From positions 1,143,217-1,207,216 of the forward strand of contig CBDHFS010000002.1 in the NCBI GenBank assembly GCA_965262735.1: a stretch of 64,000 nt of DNA, given 5' to 3'. Shown piece after piece: positions 15,791 to 26,039 of the stretch; positions within the stretch are counted from its first letter, which is position 1, and the number at the start of each line of letters is the position of its first letter. The DNA comes from Dehalococcoidia bacterium (lineage in GTDB: Bacteria; Chloroflexota; Dehalococcoidia; Lucifugimonadales; UBA3495). The notes beneath the pieces were generated by a model that ran no database searches, had not been told where the DNA came from, and saw only the letters and a list, made by a program, of their open reading frames with translations. A program made the translations under genes and the position numbers.

Positions 15791-16711
15791 CTACCGGCCC
15801 CGCTGCTTGGGGTCGAATATATCCCGCAGCGCGTCGCCGGCGAAGGCGAAACCCATCACGGTGATGGTGATGGCGACGCCGGGGAAAATCAGAATCCACG
15901 GCGAGGTTGCCAGGTACTGCGCCGCCTGCCCGGTGAGCATCCGCCCCCAGGACGGCGTGGGTTCCGAAATGCCCAGCCCCAGGAAGCTCAGCCCCGCTTC
16001 GGTCAAAATGGCGGTGCCGAACATGGAAGACATGATAATCAGGAATGGCGCCACCGTGTTGGGCAGCACGTGCCGCAGCATAATCCGCAGGTCCGACGCT
16101 CCAATGGAACGCGCCGCCAGCGTGTAGTCCATCTCCCTGATGCTGATGGTGGTAGACCGGATGACTCGCACTCCCCGCGGCATGATGGTGGCGGCGATGG
16201 CCAGAATCACGTTGGGAATCGTGTTCCCGAACACGGCCACGATGGTCAGCGCCAGAATCAGGTCCGGGAAAGACATCCACATATCCACCAACCGCTGCAC
16301 GATGTGGTCGGTCTTGCCCATGAAGTACCCGGACACCAACCCCACAACCGCCCCGGCGCCGGTGCCGGCAATCACCGCGAGGAAGCCCACCATCATCGAA
16401 ATCTGCGCCCCGTAGACCACCCGCGAGAAGATGTCCCGCCCGAATTGGTCGGTGCCAAACAGGAAGCTCCAGCTCGGCGCCTCCCGGACCGCATCATAGT
16501 TCTGTTCCTGGTAGCTGTAAGGTGCAATCAACGGCGCCGTGATGGCGGTCAGAATCATCAGGAGCACAATCGAAAAGCCGATGGTGCCCAGGGGCTTTTT
16601 CCGCAGGTAGTACCAAATGTACCGGGTCATACCCGGCCTGCGGGTAGCCTCCCCTACCATCAACCCTTCCTGAACCGACTCGGCGCTGGTGGTCTCTCGT
16701 GGAGTGGTCAT
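15791..16711 (-). CDS. ABC transporter permease (DppC/OppC-like)
   Basis: 306 aa, multi-TM. N-terminal dipeptide-permease region and EAA-like loop AARSIGASDLRIMLRHVLPN. Confidence 0.8.
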   Translation of the reverse strand: MTTPRETTSAESVQEGLMVGEATRRPGMTRYIWYYLRKKPLGTIGFSIVLLMILTAITAPLIAPYSYQEQNYDAVREAPSWSFLFGTDQFGRDIFSRVVYGAQISMMVGFLAVIAGTGAGAVVGLVSGYFMGKTDHIVQRLVDMWMSFPDLILALTIVAVFGNTIPNVILAIAATIMPRGVRVIRSTTISIREMDYTLAARSIGASDLRIMLRHVLPNTVAPFLIIMSSMFGTAILTEAGLSFLGLGISEPTPSWGRMLTGQAAQYLATSPWILIFPGVAITITVMGFAFAGDALRDIFDPKQRGR

Positions 16712-16777
16712 TTCGTTTCCTCGTAAAGCGTCCCTGGGGAACGGCGCTTACCCAATCAACTCGCTAATCAACCCGCT

Positions 16778-17740
16778 TTAAGCATAACGGATGCGCGGGT
16801 CCAGCCACGCATACATCACGTCCACCGTCAGGTTGGCCAGCAGGACCACAAAGGCGATGAACATTACTATCGCCTGCAGGACCGGGTAGTCGCGGGACGC
16901 CACTGCCTGCACGAACAGCTTGCCCAGCCCCGGCAGGTTGAAAATCGTCTCCACGATGATTTGCCCGCTCATCAGGAAGACCACTTCAAACCCGGCCAGA
17001 GTCGCCACCGGCAGCAAAGCGTTCCGCAGCACGTGGACGAACAACACCCGGTTCCGGCGCAGGCCCTTGGCGTCGGCGGTGCGGACGAAGTCCTCCTTCA
17101 GGACTTCCAGCACCGACGAGCGGGTCATCCGCAGGATTTCGGCGGAACTGCGCAACCCGACGATGAAGGCCGGAATCACCAGCACTTCCAGGTTGCGCAG
17201 CGGGTCTTCCCAAAGGTGCGCGTAAGAAATTGACGGTATCCACTCAAAGACCAGCACCAGCAAAACGATAACGATGAGGGCCAGCCAAAAGCTGGGCATC
17301 GCCTGGAGGGTCATGCTGGACGCCCGCAGCGCGTAGTCAATCCATTTGTCCTGCCGCACCGCCGAGATTACGCCGCCCACCACGCCCAAGCTGCAGGCGA
17401 TGGTCACAGCCAATACCCCCAACTCAAAGCTGGTGATTATCCGGGTGCCCATCCGCTCGGCCACCGATTGGCGGGTGTGCCACGAGGTCCCGAAATCGCC
17501 GCGGAAGAAGTCGCCCAGCCAGCGGCCGTACTGCTCGGGCAGGGAGCCACTGAGGCCCAGCTTTTCCCTGACCTCGTCTATTTGTTCCTGGGTGGCAGTC
17601 TCGTATACTTCTTCACCCCCCAGCAGAAGGGCCGTGGCGTAGTCGCCGGGGATGGTGTGCAGCATCGCAAATATGATGACCGACACCCCAAACGCGGTGG
17701 GGACAAAGAGAAGTAGTCTCTTGGTAAGGTAAGTTCTCAT
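16778..17740 (-). CDS. ABC transporter permease (DppB/OppB-like)
   Basis: 320 aa. DFVRTADAKGLRRNRVLFVHVLRNALLP and C-terminal DPRIRY. Confidence 0.8.
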   Translation of the reverse strand: MRTYLTKRLLLFVPTAFGVSVIIFAMLHTIPGDYATALLLGGEEVYETATQEQIDEVREKLGLSGSLPEQYGRWLGDFFRGDFGTSWHTRQSVAERMGTRIITSFELGVLAVTIACSLGVVGGVISAVRQDKWIDYALRASSMTLQAMPSFWLALIVIVLLVLVFEWIPSISYAHLWEDPLRNLEVLVIPAFIVGLRSSAEILRMTRSSVLEVLKEDFVRTADAKGLRRNRVLFVHVLRNALLPVATLAGFEVVFLMSGQIIVETIFNLPGLGKLFVQAVASRDYPVLQAIVMFIAFVVLLANLTVDVMYAWLDPRIRYA

Positions 17741-17966
17741 CGACCGCTCCTCTAATGGTCAAGGATAGCCAACTTCAGTTGTCCAAGCGTATGCGCGAAG
17801 GTTGACGAAGTTACAATCGCGGGGTTTAGTAGTGCGTCCAGGGCTTTGCCATCAAAGGTTCGGGTAATGGGGTCGTGGGCCAATGCGTACCTTTGGCCGG
17901 TGGGATTAGACACCAGGGCAGGTCCCGGAAACGGAGCCTGCCCTGGCCAATCAACCCCTGTTGGCT

Positions 17967-19838
17967 TTAGAAACCTCCGGGCACTCCAGAGGTCTGTCCG
18001 GAGGAAGAACTGTCGTCCTTGCGGGCCGGGTCAATCCACATATGCTGATGCTTTCGGAATGAACCGAACGGAGCGGGGAAGTGGACGTACCCGCGGACTT
18101 CCGGCCAGAAGGACACGGCTTCCTGCTCCCAATAAACCGGGAACTTGCGGTATTCCTTCATCGCCGCCAGTTCGATCTGGTTGGACAACGCCTTGCGGGC
18201 GGTCCGGTCGGTCTCGGTCTGGGCTTGGGACAGCAATTGGTCGTAGCTGTCCGCGGAGGTGGAATCACATGGGTAAGCCGGCGTCCACAGGTTCCCGGTC
18301 GACTCGCAGGCCAGGAGACGGCCCATACCGGCGTTGGGGTCATCCGCGGCCATCGTGTCGTTTCCGGGCAGGAAAGCGCCCCACTCGCCCGTGGTCTCCA
18401 GGGTCCGGTAAGCGATGGTCTCCACCAGGTCGAAGTCGGTCTTAACCCCCATCAGCCGCAGTTGCTCCTGCAGGAAGGTGGCCCGGTTCACCACCTGCTC
18501 ATCGCTCTCGACGGTAAACAGGTAGGTCTCGTCGAAGTCAAACCCCTCGGCTTCCAGGATGGCCTTGGCTTCGGCCCTGGTAGCTTCAGGGTCGTCGGAA
18601 ACGCACCAGCCGGGGACGGCGCAACCTTCTTCTTGGGATATTTCCCAAGGACTGCCCGGAGGCATGATAAACCCGGCGGCGGCCCGGCCGTCCTGAAGAA
18701 TTTTAATGGCAGCGTTGCGGTCGATACCCATGATGATCGCTTGACGCACCTTTACGTTGTCGAACGGCGGGATGCGGGGGTTAATCCACAGCTCGAAGTT
18801 GCCCCGGGTGGGCCGTATGACCGTCTGAATTTGGTCGTGGTCAACGTAAGCGTCATATTGGCCCCAGTTCCGCACCCAGTGCCAGTCGGTCTGGTGGGCC
18901 AGCATCGCTGCCTGCTGCGCCGCTTCGTCCAGAATGCCAAAGATTACCAGTTCGTCGACGTAGGGAAGTTCGGGGATAAAGTAGTCCGGGTTCTTTTCAA
19001 ACCGCTGCTCGTCGACGCCAATGGATTGCCCTTCGGCCCAGACAAAGGGGCCGGTGCCGACGGAAACGTCCTGGAACATCGCCTCTTCACCGCCGGCCTC
19101 GAACCAGGCCTTGTTGAAGATGGCGGCGCGGCGGTTGGACAAGGCCAGCAGAGGAGTTCCGGTCGGAGCAGCCCAGCGGAAGCTGAGGCTCAGATCGTCC
19201 TCGCAGGTCAGCGCGTCCGTATCCACATGGCCCAGGGAACCCTGCATGTAGCTGGCGGTCAACCCGTTTCCGGTAGCCATAGTCTCAAAGCTGAACCGCG
19301 CGTCCTCGCAGGTAAGGATGTCTCCATTGTGCCACTTCACGCCTTCCCTTAACTGGAAGGTTATGCCCTGGCTGTCGTCATGGACGGTCCATCCCACGGC
19401 AGCGTCCGGTACGAACGGGCCGCCGGCGTTGTACGGGTCTTCCATAACCAGGCCGCTGGTGGTGGGGTTCCGGAACCGGTCGGTCACTCCGCTGGCTGCG
19501 CCCCACAGGTTGGCATGTTCGAGCGGGTCTTCGTAGTTAATCCGAAGGGTTCCGCCGTAAACCGGCTGCCCGTAGTAGTCGGTAGGCGGGTTCCAGTAGT
19601 CGGAAAATGCCGGGGCGTATTCAGCCTGGGCCATCATGCTGCCGGCAGGCGTGTCGGCCATCGCCGGCATGGCCGTGGGAGCAGCGGCGGGCGCCGCCAC
19701 TGGAGCGGCAGTCGGCGGGGGCAGGGGAGTCGAAGTTGGCTCTTCGGCGGTGCCGCAGGCGGCAATTAACGCCAAGGCCAACAGCAATACAGGGAGCGCG
19801 ATCGCTGCGCGGTAACGATTCAACCGAGGTTTCCGCAT
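17967..19838 (-). CDS. ABC transporter substrate-binding lipoprotein (family 5, peptide/nickel type)
   Basis: 623 aa. Lipobox LIAAC followed by a Pro/Ala-rich linker. Lies upstream of two Dpp-type permeases. No ATPase gene is adjacent. Confidence 0.75.
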   Translation of the reverse strand: MRKPRLNRYRAAIALPVLLLALALIAACGTAEEPTSTPLPPPTAAPVAAPAAAPTAMPAMADTPAGSMMAQAEYAPAFSDYWNPPTDYYGQPVYGGTLRINYEDPLEHANLWGAASGVTDRFRNPTTSGLVMEDPYNAGGPFVPDAAVGWTVHDDSQGITFQLREGVKWHNGDILTCEDARFSFETMATGNGLTASYMQGSLGHVDTDALTCEDDLSLSFRWAAPTGTPLLALSNRRAAIFNKAWFEAGGEEAMFQDVSVGTGPFVWAEGQSIGVDEQRFEKNPDYFIPELPYVDELVIFGILDEAAQQAAMLAHQTDWHWVRNWGQYDAYVDHDQIQTVIRPTRGNFELWINPRIPPFDNVKVRQAIIMGIDRNAAIKILQDGRAAAGFIMPPGSPWEISQEEGCAVPGWCVSDDPEATRAEAKAILEAEGFDFDETYLFTVESDEQVVNRATFLQEQLRLMGVKTDFDLVETIAYRTLETTGEWGAFLPGNDTMAADDPNAGMGRLLACESTGNLWTPAYPCDSTSADSYDQLLSQAQTETDRTARKALSNQIELAAMKEYRKFPVYWEQEAVSFWPEVRGYVHFPAPFGSFRKHQHMWIDPARKDDSSSSGQTSGVPGGF

Positions 19839-20354
19839 TCCGTGTCCTCCTAGAGTAATGTCGAGATTACTGTGTGGCTCGCGTTACTCGGTGACCCCGG
19901 AACTGGTCTCACGTTGCTAACCGCATCTGCCAAAAACCCACAGAGAGATTGCGTCGAACACCGCCGCTTACTCCCTGCCAGCAATCGTTGGAAAATATAC
20001 ATACTGGCCCCGGTTTTGTCAATCAAGAAAACCCACTATTAACAGCGAGTTTTCGTCACCAATTTATAATCAAATCGCTCTTTTTCACCCCTATATGAGC
20101 CATATAGTCCGTCGATACCCAGCCAATCACATGACTTCGACAACCTTAAACAGCAGATTTGACGCGCCCTCCAAGTCCGTTTCGTCCCAATTCCCTCGTG
20201 CTTGCGCCTTGGTGAAGTTTACTGACACCTGCCTCTTTCCAGCCTCGCCATTCCGGGGTTACCATATCTTGTGACTTGCCAATCAGGACCCGTTAAATCA
20301 CGGCCCTATTCACCTCAAGGCATTTCAAGGCCCCAGGGCAGAATGGATTGGCAG

Positions 20355-20400
20355 GAAATGGGACAAAACGGGACAGTTTTTAAAACCCCACTTTGCTCGA
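20355..20400 (-). repeat. GACA-word single unit, copy F
   Basis: AAATGGGACAAAACGGGACAGTTTTTAAAACCCCACTTTGCTCGA. The reverse complement resembles GAGC..TGGGG..TTTTTGTCC units. Confidence 0.5.
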
Positions 20401-20508
20401 CCCTTTACCCGATGCCCTTGCCCGTCCCCGGTTGACGCTGCATCCAACCGTTCTTAAAATAGGAGAGCAAAATAATAGCGGGGCGCCATTATTGACGGCA
20501 AGGATACG

Positions 20509-20973
20509 TTGAACGAGCTGACTAAAACACTACTAGGACTGTTTCTTCTGGCCGCCTGTATCGCTGTCGTTCCTTTGGCAGCCAATGCCGGCCTGCTAAT
20601 CTTGGGCACGGATCCTAACCCCCGCCATCCACCCGGCGACCTGATGGGCGAGGCAGTGGGTTGGGCTATCCTCGGACTGCTAATCAGCGCCGTTTCAACC
20701 ATCATTGGCGAGTCCGTTAGCAGCGTCCCCAACCCCCAGAACTTCTACACCAGGCATAAGGGGCTTATTCTGGGAAGCGCCGTCGGTGTCGCTTTGGCCT
20801 TGTTCTTTGGCACCAACTTCGCCTACCTGCAAATGGCCAGCGTTGACGGACAGGCAATTACATCGGTGCCTCTGGGCATCATGTCCGGGGCAACCGTGGC
20901 GCTCATGGGCGCCGTCGCCGGAGTGGTTATGGGGTTCATTCTGCGGCGCGCTGTCGTAGCCGTCGCCGGGTGA
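20509..20973 (+). CDS. Hypothetical membrane protein
   Basis: 154 aa with a TTG start, 4 predicted hydrophobic helices and lower GC than the neighbours. No recognisable family. Confidence 0.4.
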   Translation: MNELTKTLLGLFLLAACIAVVPLAANAGLLILGTDPNPRHPPGDLMGEAVGWAILGLLISAVSTIIGESVSSVPNPQNFYTRHKGLILGSAVGVALALFFGTNFAYLQMASVDGQAITSVPLGIMSGATVALMGAVAGVVMGFILRRAVVAVAG

Positions 20974-21074
20974 AACCAACCGGCCCGTCCGTCAGCTCCG
21001 GCCTGCTGCTCCGGCAGGCATTCCGGCATCTCGGTAATTCAATGTAGTTCAATCCGGTACTTGAGGAGTTCCCA

Positions 21075-21857
21075 ATGCGCGAAAACACATTGAAACAGAA
21101 GCTGGCCGCTGGGAAAGCGGTATTCGGGGTGATGATTACCTTCCCATCGTCCCCAGTGGTCGAGATGCTGGGCCAACTGGGGTTCGACTGGGTACTGCTG
21201 GACAACGAGCACGGGAACATCACCGTGGACAACGTGGAAGACCTGGTGCGCGCCGCCGACCTGACCGGGATCGCCCCCATTGTCCGGCCAGTGGGCAACC
21301 GGCCTGAGATTATCGCCCCCTTCCTGGACCGGGGCGCCTGGGGCGTGCAGGTCCCCCACGTCAACACCGCAGGGGAAGCCATGGCCACCGTCGATGCGGT
21401 GAAGTATTACCCCCTGGGACACCGGGGCATCTTCAGCCGCAGCCGCCCAGCCGATTACGGGTTTACCGGCTCAACCCAGGACTATGTGACCCAGGCCAAC
21501 GACAACACTCTGGTCTGCTTGATGCTGGAAGAAGTGGAAGCCATAGACAACCTGGGAGAACTGGTGCGGGTGGACGGCGTGGACGTTTACTTCATCGGCT
21601 CTGGCGACCTGTCCCAGTCCATGGGATACCCCGGCCAGCAGACCCACCCGGAAGTGCAGGAACAAATGGAAAAGGGCGTCAAAATCATCCGCGACGCCGG
21701 ACGCATTGCCGGGGTAAGCTGCCCGGACAACCTGGTCCCGAAGTTCCTGGGCCTGGGCGTCCAGTATTTCCACAGCAACGTGGGAACGCTGCTCCAGACG
21801 TCCAGCATTCCCTATCTGAAGACCATGCGGGAGTCCGCGGCAGCGGCAGGTCTGTAA
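21075..21857 (+). CDS. HpcH/HpaI family aldolase
   Basis: GKAVFGVMITFPSSPVVEMLGQLGFDWVLLDNEHG...GVQVPHVNT. Confidence 0.8.
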   Translation: MRENTLKQKLAAGKAVFGVMITFPSSPVVEMLGQLGFDWVLLDNEHGNITVDNVEDLVRAADLTGIAPIVRPVGNRPEIIAPFLDRGAWGVQVPHVNTAGEAMATVDAVKYYPLGHRGIFSRSRPADYGFTGSTQDYVTQANDNTLVCLMLEEVEAIDNLGELVRVDGVDVYFIGSGDLSQSMGYPGQQTHPEVQEQMEKGVKIIRDAGRIAGVSCPDNLVPKFLGLGVQYFHSNVGTLLQTSSIPYLKTMRESAAAAGL

Positions 21858-21937
21858 TATCCTGCTCCGGCGTCCCGGCCAAGCATCCCGGACTCGAATC
21901 AAATCCTGGCAGGCAAATCCTCACGGGCAGGTGCAGC

Positions 21938-22492
21938 ATGGCGCGAATACCCCAGGTTACCCGGGAATCGGTGCCCGAACGGTTGCGGGCGACCTTCGAT
22001 GAAGTGTCCGCCGGACCCGGCGGCGTCGGAACCGGCCCCATGTCCGTGCTGAAGCACAGCCCCGAAATGTCCCGCCGCGCCATCCCGCTGTTCGGTTACG
22101 TCCGCAACGAGTCCACCGTCCCCAAGAAACTGCGCGAGTTGGCGATGATTACCACCGCCCGGGCCATGGACTGCCCTTACATCTGGCACGCCCACGCCGC
22201 CGAGGCCCGCGCCGAAGGGTTGGACAACGCTTGGATTAACGCCCTGCGCGACGGGACCGACCTGCCGACGATGGCCGACGACGAACAAGCCGTGTTCAAT
22301 TTCGGCATGGAAATGTTCCGCGCCCGCCGGGTAACCCCTCAGACCTTCCAGACAGTCCGGGACCTCCTGGGCGACCGGGGCCTGGTCGAGCTGACCACTT
22401 TGTTTGGGTTCTACACCATGCTCGCCTTCAACGCCAACGCGGTGGAACTCGACCTGCCCCACGACTCACCAGAGCCTCCCCTGCCCATATAA
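21938..22492 (+). CDS. Carboxymuconolactone decarboxylase (CMD/AhpD-like) family protein
   Basis: 184 aa. KLRELAMITTARAMDCPYIWHAH is the typical CMD core. Confidence 0.75.
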   Translation: MARIPQVTRESVPERLRATFDEVSAGPGGVGTGPMSVLKHSPEMSRRAIPLFGYVRNESTVPKKLRELAMITTARAMDCPYIWHAHAAEARAEGLDNAWINALRDGTDLPTMADDEQAVFNFGMEMFRARRVTPQTFQTVRDLLGDRGLVELTTLFGFYTMLAFNANAVELDLPHDSPEPPLPI

Positions 22493-22635
22493 TCCCGTTG
22501 GTCCCGGGGCCCTCCGGGACCTGCTTGTTTAGTCCGTTCGTCCTGAACTTGTCAAAGGACATCCCCAACCCGTTGGCCAACACGACCCGCGCAACGACCC
22601 GATTTCATCCCGCGCCAATTGCCGGGACAACGTTG

Positions 22636-22686
22636 CCGGGGGATTGCCGGGCGGCCCGGCAATCCCCCCGGACAGGTTATTTTGCC
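22636..22686 (+). terminator. Putative intrinsic terminator
   Basis: CCGGGGGATTGCCGGG / CCCGGCAATCCCCC(C)GG forms a stem of at least 14 bp with a 3-nt loop, followed by ..TTATTTT. It lies about 145 nt downstream of the CMD stop. Confidence 0.5.
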
Positions 22687-22828
22687 GGCGCTGCGGCCCC
22701 TCCCGTTCGACTTCCGCCTGACCCCCCACTTCCCGTTAGTTCAATGCAATTGCCTAATGCACCATATCGGTCACCTAAATCGGTAATTGTTACGATTATA
22801 CGCTATGTTTTGGCCGGTCATCCAATCG

Positions 22829-22857
22829 TTGCAATTACCGGAACGTCAGTATATATT
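22829..22857 (+). promoter_or_regulatory. Putative promoter TTGCAA-N17-TATATT
   Basis: Found in a local low-GC patch about 120 nt upstream of the GTG at 22977, which is preceded by AAGGAGG. Confidence 0.4.
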
Positions 22858-22976
22858 GAACACGGCATAGTAGCATTGGGCGGGGATCGTCCTCGTATCC
22901 AGGCCCAAGGGTTTTCTTACCGGCGCTGGTTGGCCTGCTGAGCCGCCAATTTTACCAAGACCAAGGAGGTCAGTCA

Positions 22977-23279
22977 GTGGCTCTATCCGATCGAACTCTG
23001 GTATGTGTGGATTGTGGCGCAGAGTTTGTTTTTACCGTGGGAGAGCAGGAGTTCTTTAACTCCCGCGGCTTCGTAAACGACCCCAAACGATGCCAGACCT
23101 GCCGCTCCGGCCGGCGCGCCGAGCAGAGAGGCGGCGGCTTCGACGGCGCCCCTCGGGAAATGCACCCCATCGTCTGCGCCCAATGCGGCGCTGATGCCAT
23201 GGTTCCCTTCCGCCCCCGCGGGGATCGCCCGGTTTATTGCAGCGACTGCTTTAGCAACGCCCGCAACAGCGGTCTCTAG
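22977..23279 (+). CDS. Zinc-ribbon domain protein (two CxxC...CxxC modules)
   Basis: 100 aa. CVDCGAEFVFTVGEQEFF...CQTC and CAQCG...YCSDCF. Strong AAGGAGG RBS and a GTG start. Confidence 0.65.
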   Translation: MALSDRTLVCVDCGAEFVFTVGEQEFFNSRGFVNDPKRCQTCRSGRRAEQRGGGFDGAPREMHPIVCAQCGADAMVPFRPRGDRPVYCSDCFSNARNSGL

Positions 23280-23577
23280 CCACCCGCCCCCTCCGGCACA
23301 ATACACCGGAGGCCAGGCAAACCCCTGCCCCGGCCTCCGGTTACTTATTTCCTGGCAGGATTCCAGCCGGGACGGTGTTACTTGCGACGCATAACTTAAC
23401 ATCCTCGTTCTGGGTATTCTGAACCCGTCCGTCCCGATGCTCTCGAAAGACATCCTTGGCCCCGCTGCCCGCCGCGGTTGGACTTCTCGATGCCCCGCCG
23501 ATACAATGGCATTCGCTTCAGGGGATCCCACGGCTCCCCGATTCCACCCGACTCCGACGACTCCGATCCGGGGCCTG

Positions 23578-25032
23578 ATGAATTTCACCGACCTCCGAGA
23601 CTACATCACTTTTTTGGAAGGCAAGGGCCAACTGCACCGCATCGCCACTCCGGTCAGTTGGGACCTGGAAATCACCGAGATTGCCGACCGGGTCGTGAAG
23701 TCCGGCGGCCCTGCCCTGCTCTTTGAAAACGTCGAGGGATACGACATCCCGGTCGTAATCAACCTGTTCACCACCGACCGCCGCATGGCCTGGGCCTTGG
23801 GCGTAGACGACCTGGACGAACTGGCCCAGCGCATCCGGCGCCTGCTGCAACTGGCGCAGGGTCCGCCGGAAGGCTTGATGAACAAGCTACGTACCTTGGG
23901 GCAACTGGTTCAACTGGGGTCGTTCCAACCCAAAACCGTGCGCAATGCTCCCTGTCAACAGGTTATTCTTGAAGGCCCCGACGTCGACCTTTTCCGGTTT
24001 CCCATCATCAAGTGCTGGCCCGAAGACGGGGGGCGCTACATCACATTGCCCCTGGTCATCACCAAGCACCCAGACACCGGGGTCCAGAACTACGGTATCT
24101 ATCGGATGCAGGTTTTCGACTCGCGCACCACGGGAATGCACTGGCAAACCCATAAAGTAGGCGCCCAGCACTACCGCAGCAGCGCGGACAATCGGCTGGA
24201 AAAAATGGAGGTCGCCGTTGCCCTGGGAGCGGACCCGGCGACCATTTGGGCCGGCTCAGCTCCGCTGCCCCCGGACATGGACGAAATGGCCTTCGCCGGC
24301 TTTATCCGGGAAGAAGGGGTGGAGTTAGTCAAAGCCAAGACGGTTGACCTGCTGGTGCCGGCCCACGCCGAAATTATCCTGGAAGGCTACGTCGTCCCCG
24401 GCGAGGAGCGACCCGAAGGCCCCTTCGGAGACCACACCGGCTACTACTCCCTGGCCGAACCCTACCCGGTCTTCCACGTCACCACTATCACCCACCGCAA
24501 AGACCCCATTTATCCCACCACCTTCGTCGGACGCCCTCCCAAAGAGGACTACTGGATGGGCAAGGTTACCGAACGGGTTTTCCTTCCCTTGATCAAGTTG
24601 ATGCTGCCGGAGGTGGTGGACATCAATATGCCGGCGGAGGGCATCTTTCACAACCTGGTGATTGTGTCCATCAAGAAAGAGTACCCCGGACAGGCGCGCA
24701 AGGTGATGTTCGGCCTGTGGGGGCTGGGCCTGATGAGCCTGGCCAAGACCATCGTGGTGGTTGACGATTTCGTGGACGTGCAGGACCCTTCGGAGGTGAC
24801 CTGGCGGGTGGCCAACAACCTGGACCCGGGCCGGGACCTGGTGGTGGTGGAAGGCCCCCTTGACGACCTGGACGTGGGATCGCCCACCGCCAAGTTCGGC
24901 AGCAAGCTGGGCATAGACGCCACCCGCAAGGGTCCGGGCGAAGGCTACCACCGGGGTTGGCCGCCGGACATCGAAATGTCGCCCGAGATCAAGGCCCTGG
25001 TGGACCGCCGCTGGACCGAGTACGGATTATAG
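23578..25032 (+). CDS. UbiD family (prFMN-dependent) decarboxylase, menaquinone/ubiquinone-type
   Basis: Start set at MNFTDLRDYITFLE. GGPALLFENVEGY and other UbiD-typical blocks. A UbiA-like gene lies immediately downstream. Confidence 0.85.
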   Translation: MNFTDLRDYITFLEGKGQLHRIATPVSWDLEITEIADRVVKSGGPALLFENVEGYDIPVVINLFTTDRRMAWALGVDDLDELAQRIRRLLQLAQGPPEGLMNKLRTLGQLVQLGSFQPKTVRNAPCQQVILEGPDVDLFRFPIIKCWPEDGGRYITLPLVITKHPDTGVQNYGIYRMQVFDSRTTGMHWQTHKVGAQHYRSSADNRLEKMEVAVALGADPATIWAGSAPLPPDMDEMAFAGFIREEGVELVKAKTVDLLVPAHAEIILEGYVVPGEERPEGPFGDHTGYYSLAEPYPVFHVTTITHRKDPIYPTTFVGRPPKEDYWMGKVTERVFLPLIKLMLPEVVDINMPAEGIFHNLVIVSIKKEYPGQARKVMFGLWGLGLMSLAKTIVVVDDFVDVQDPSEVTWRVANNLDPGRDLVVVEGPLDDLDVGSPTAKFGSKLGIDATRKGPGEGYHRGWPPDIEMSPEIKALVDRRWTEYGL

Positions 25033-25041
25033 GAAAGGCCT

Positions 25042-25932
25042 ATGAACGCCGACGCCGTATCCTCGTCCCTGGCCCGCCGGGTTGTCGCCAAGGTCCCACT
25101 CTACCTTAGCTCCATCCGCATCTGGGAGTCGCTGTTCGCCCTGCCCTTCGCCTACATCGGCATGGTGCTGGCGGCGGACGGCTGGCCCGGATGGGACGCC
25201 TTCATCTGGATTAACGTGGCCATGTTCGGGGCGCGCACGCTGGCCATGTCCGGGAACCGGGTCATCAACGCCAGGGAAGACGCGCTGAACCCCCGCACCG
25301 TCAACCGCCACCTGCCCCAGGGTCTCCTGACGCCGGTCGAGGTCATCGGCATGATGGTCGTGTCGGCGGCGATATTCCTGGTTGCGGCCTGGCAACTCAA
25401 CACCCTGGCGTTAATTCTAGCTCCGGTGGCGGCGGCCTACGTGGTGCTGTACTCCTACGCCAAGTATTACACCTGGGCTTGCAACTTAATGCTGGGTTGG
25501 GCGCTGGCCATTGCCCCGGCCGGGGCTTGGGTTGGAGTCACCGGCAGCCTGGACCTGCCGGCGGTGCTGCTCAGCTTCGCGGTGGCGATGTGGGCCGGCG
25601 GCTTTGACATCATTTATGGATGCACCGACTACGACTTCGACCGCGCCAACGGCATCAAGTCCGTGCCGGTCAAGTTTGGCATCGCCGGCGCCCTCTGGAT
25701 TGTGCGAGGAATGCACGTCCTGGCGGCGGCGTCCCTCCTGGCCCTCGGAATTTGGCTGGGTCTGGGACCACTCTACTACGTCGGCTGGGCGATCGCGGCG
25801 GCGCTGCTGGTGTACGAGAACAGCTTAATTAAGCCCCACGACTTGTCCCGGGTAGGCGTGGCCTTCTTCCGGGTCAACAGCTACATTTCGGTGCAGTTGC
25901 TGGTTTTCACCATTCTGGCAGTAGTGATATAG
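25042..25932 (+). CDS. UbiA family aromatic prenyltransferase
   Basis: 296 aa, about 8 TM helices. NRVINAREDA and YGCTDYDFD Asp-rich motifs. Confidence 0.8.
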   Translation: MNADAVSSSLARRVVAKVPLYLSSIRIWESLFALPFAYIGMVLAADGWPGWDAFIWINVAMFGARTLAMSGNRVINAREDALNPRTVNRHLPQGLLTPVEVIGMMVVSAAIFLVAAWQLNTLALILAPVAAAYVVLYSYAKYYTWACNLMLGWALAIAPAGAWVGVTGSLDLPAVLLSFAVAMWAGGFDIIYGCTDYDFDRANGIKSVPVKFGIAGALWIVRGMHVLAAASLLALGIWLGLGPLYYVGWAIAAALLVYENSLIKPHDLSRVGVAFFRVNSYISVQLLVFTILAVVI

Positions 25933-26007
25933 GGACATCCATCGGTCGCCCAGAGGTTCTCCAAGGACTTCCTTTCAACTCGTTCGTCTCAACCCGTTCG
26001 TCTCGAC

Positions 26008-26039
26008 CCGTTCGTCCTTTGACCCTCGAAGGACTTCCT
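26008..26039 (-). repeat. REP-like family 2 copy, abutting the PrpD stop, with CGTTCGTCTCRACC x2.5 tandem at 25982-26018
   Basis: The reverse complement is (TAA)GGAAGTCCTTCGAGGGTCAAAGGACGAACGG. Confidence 0.75.
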
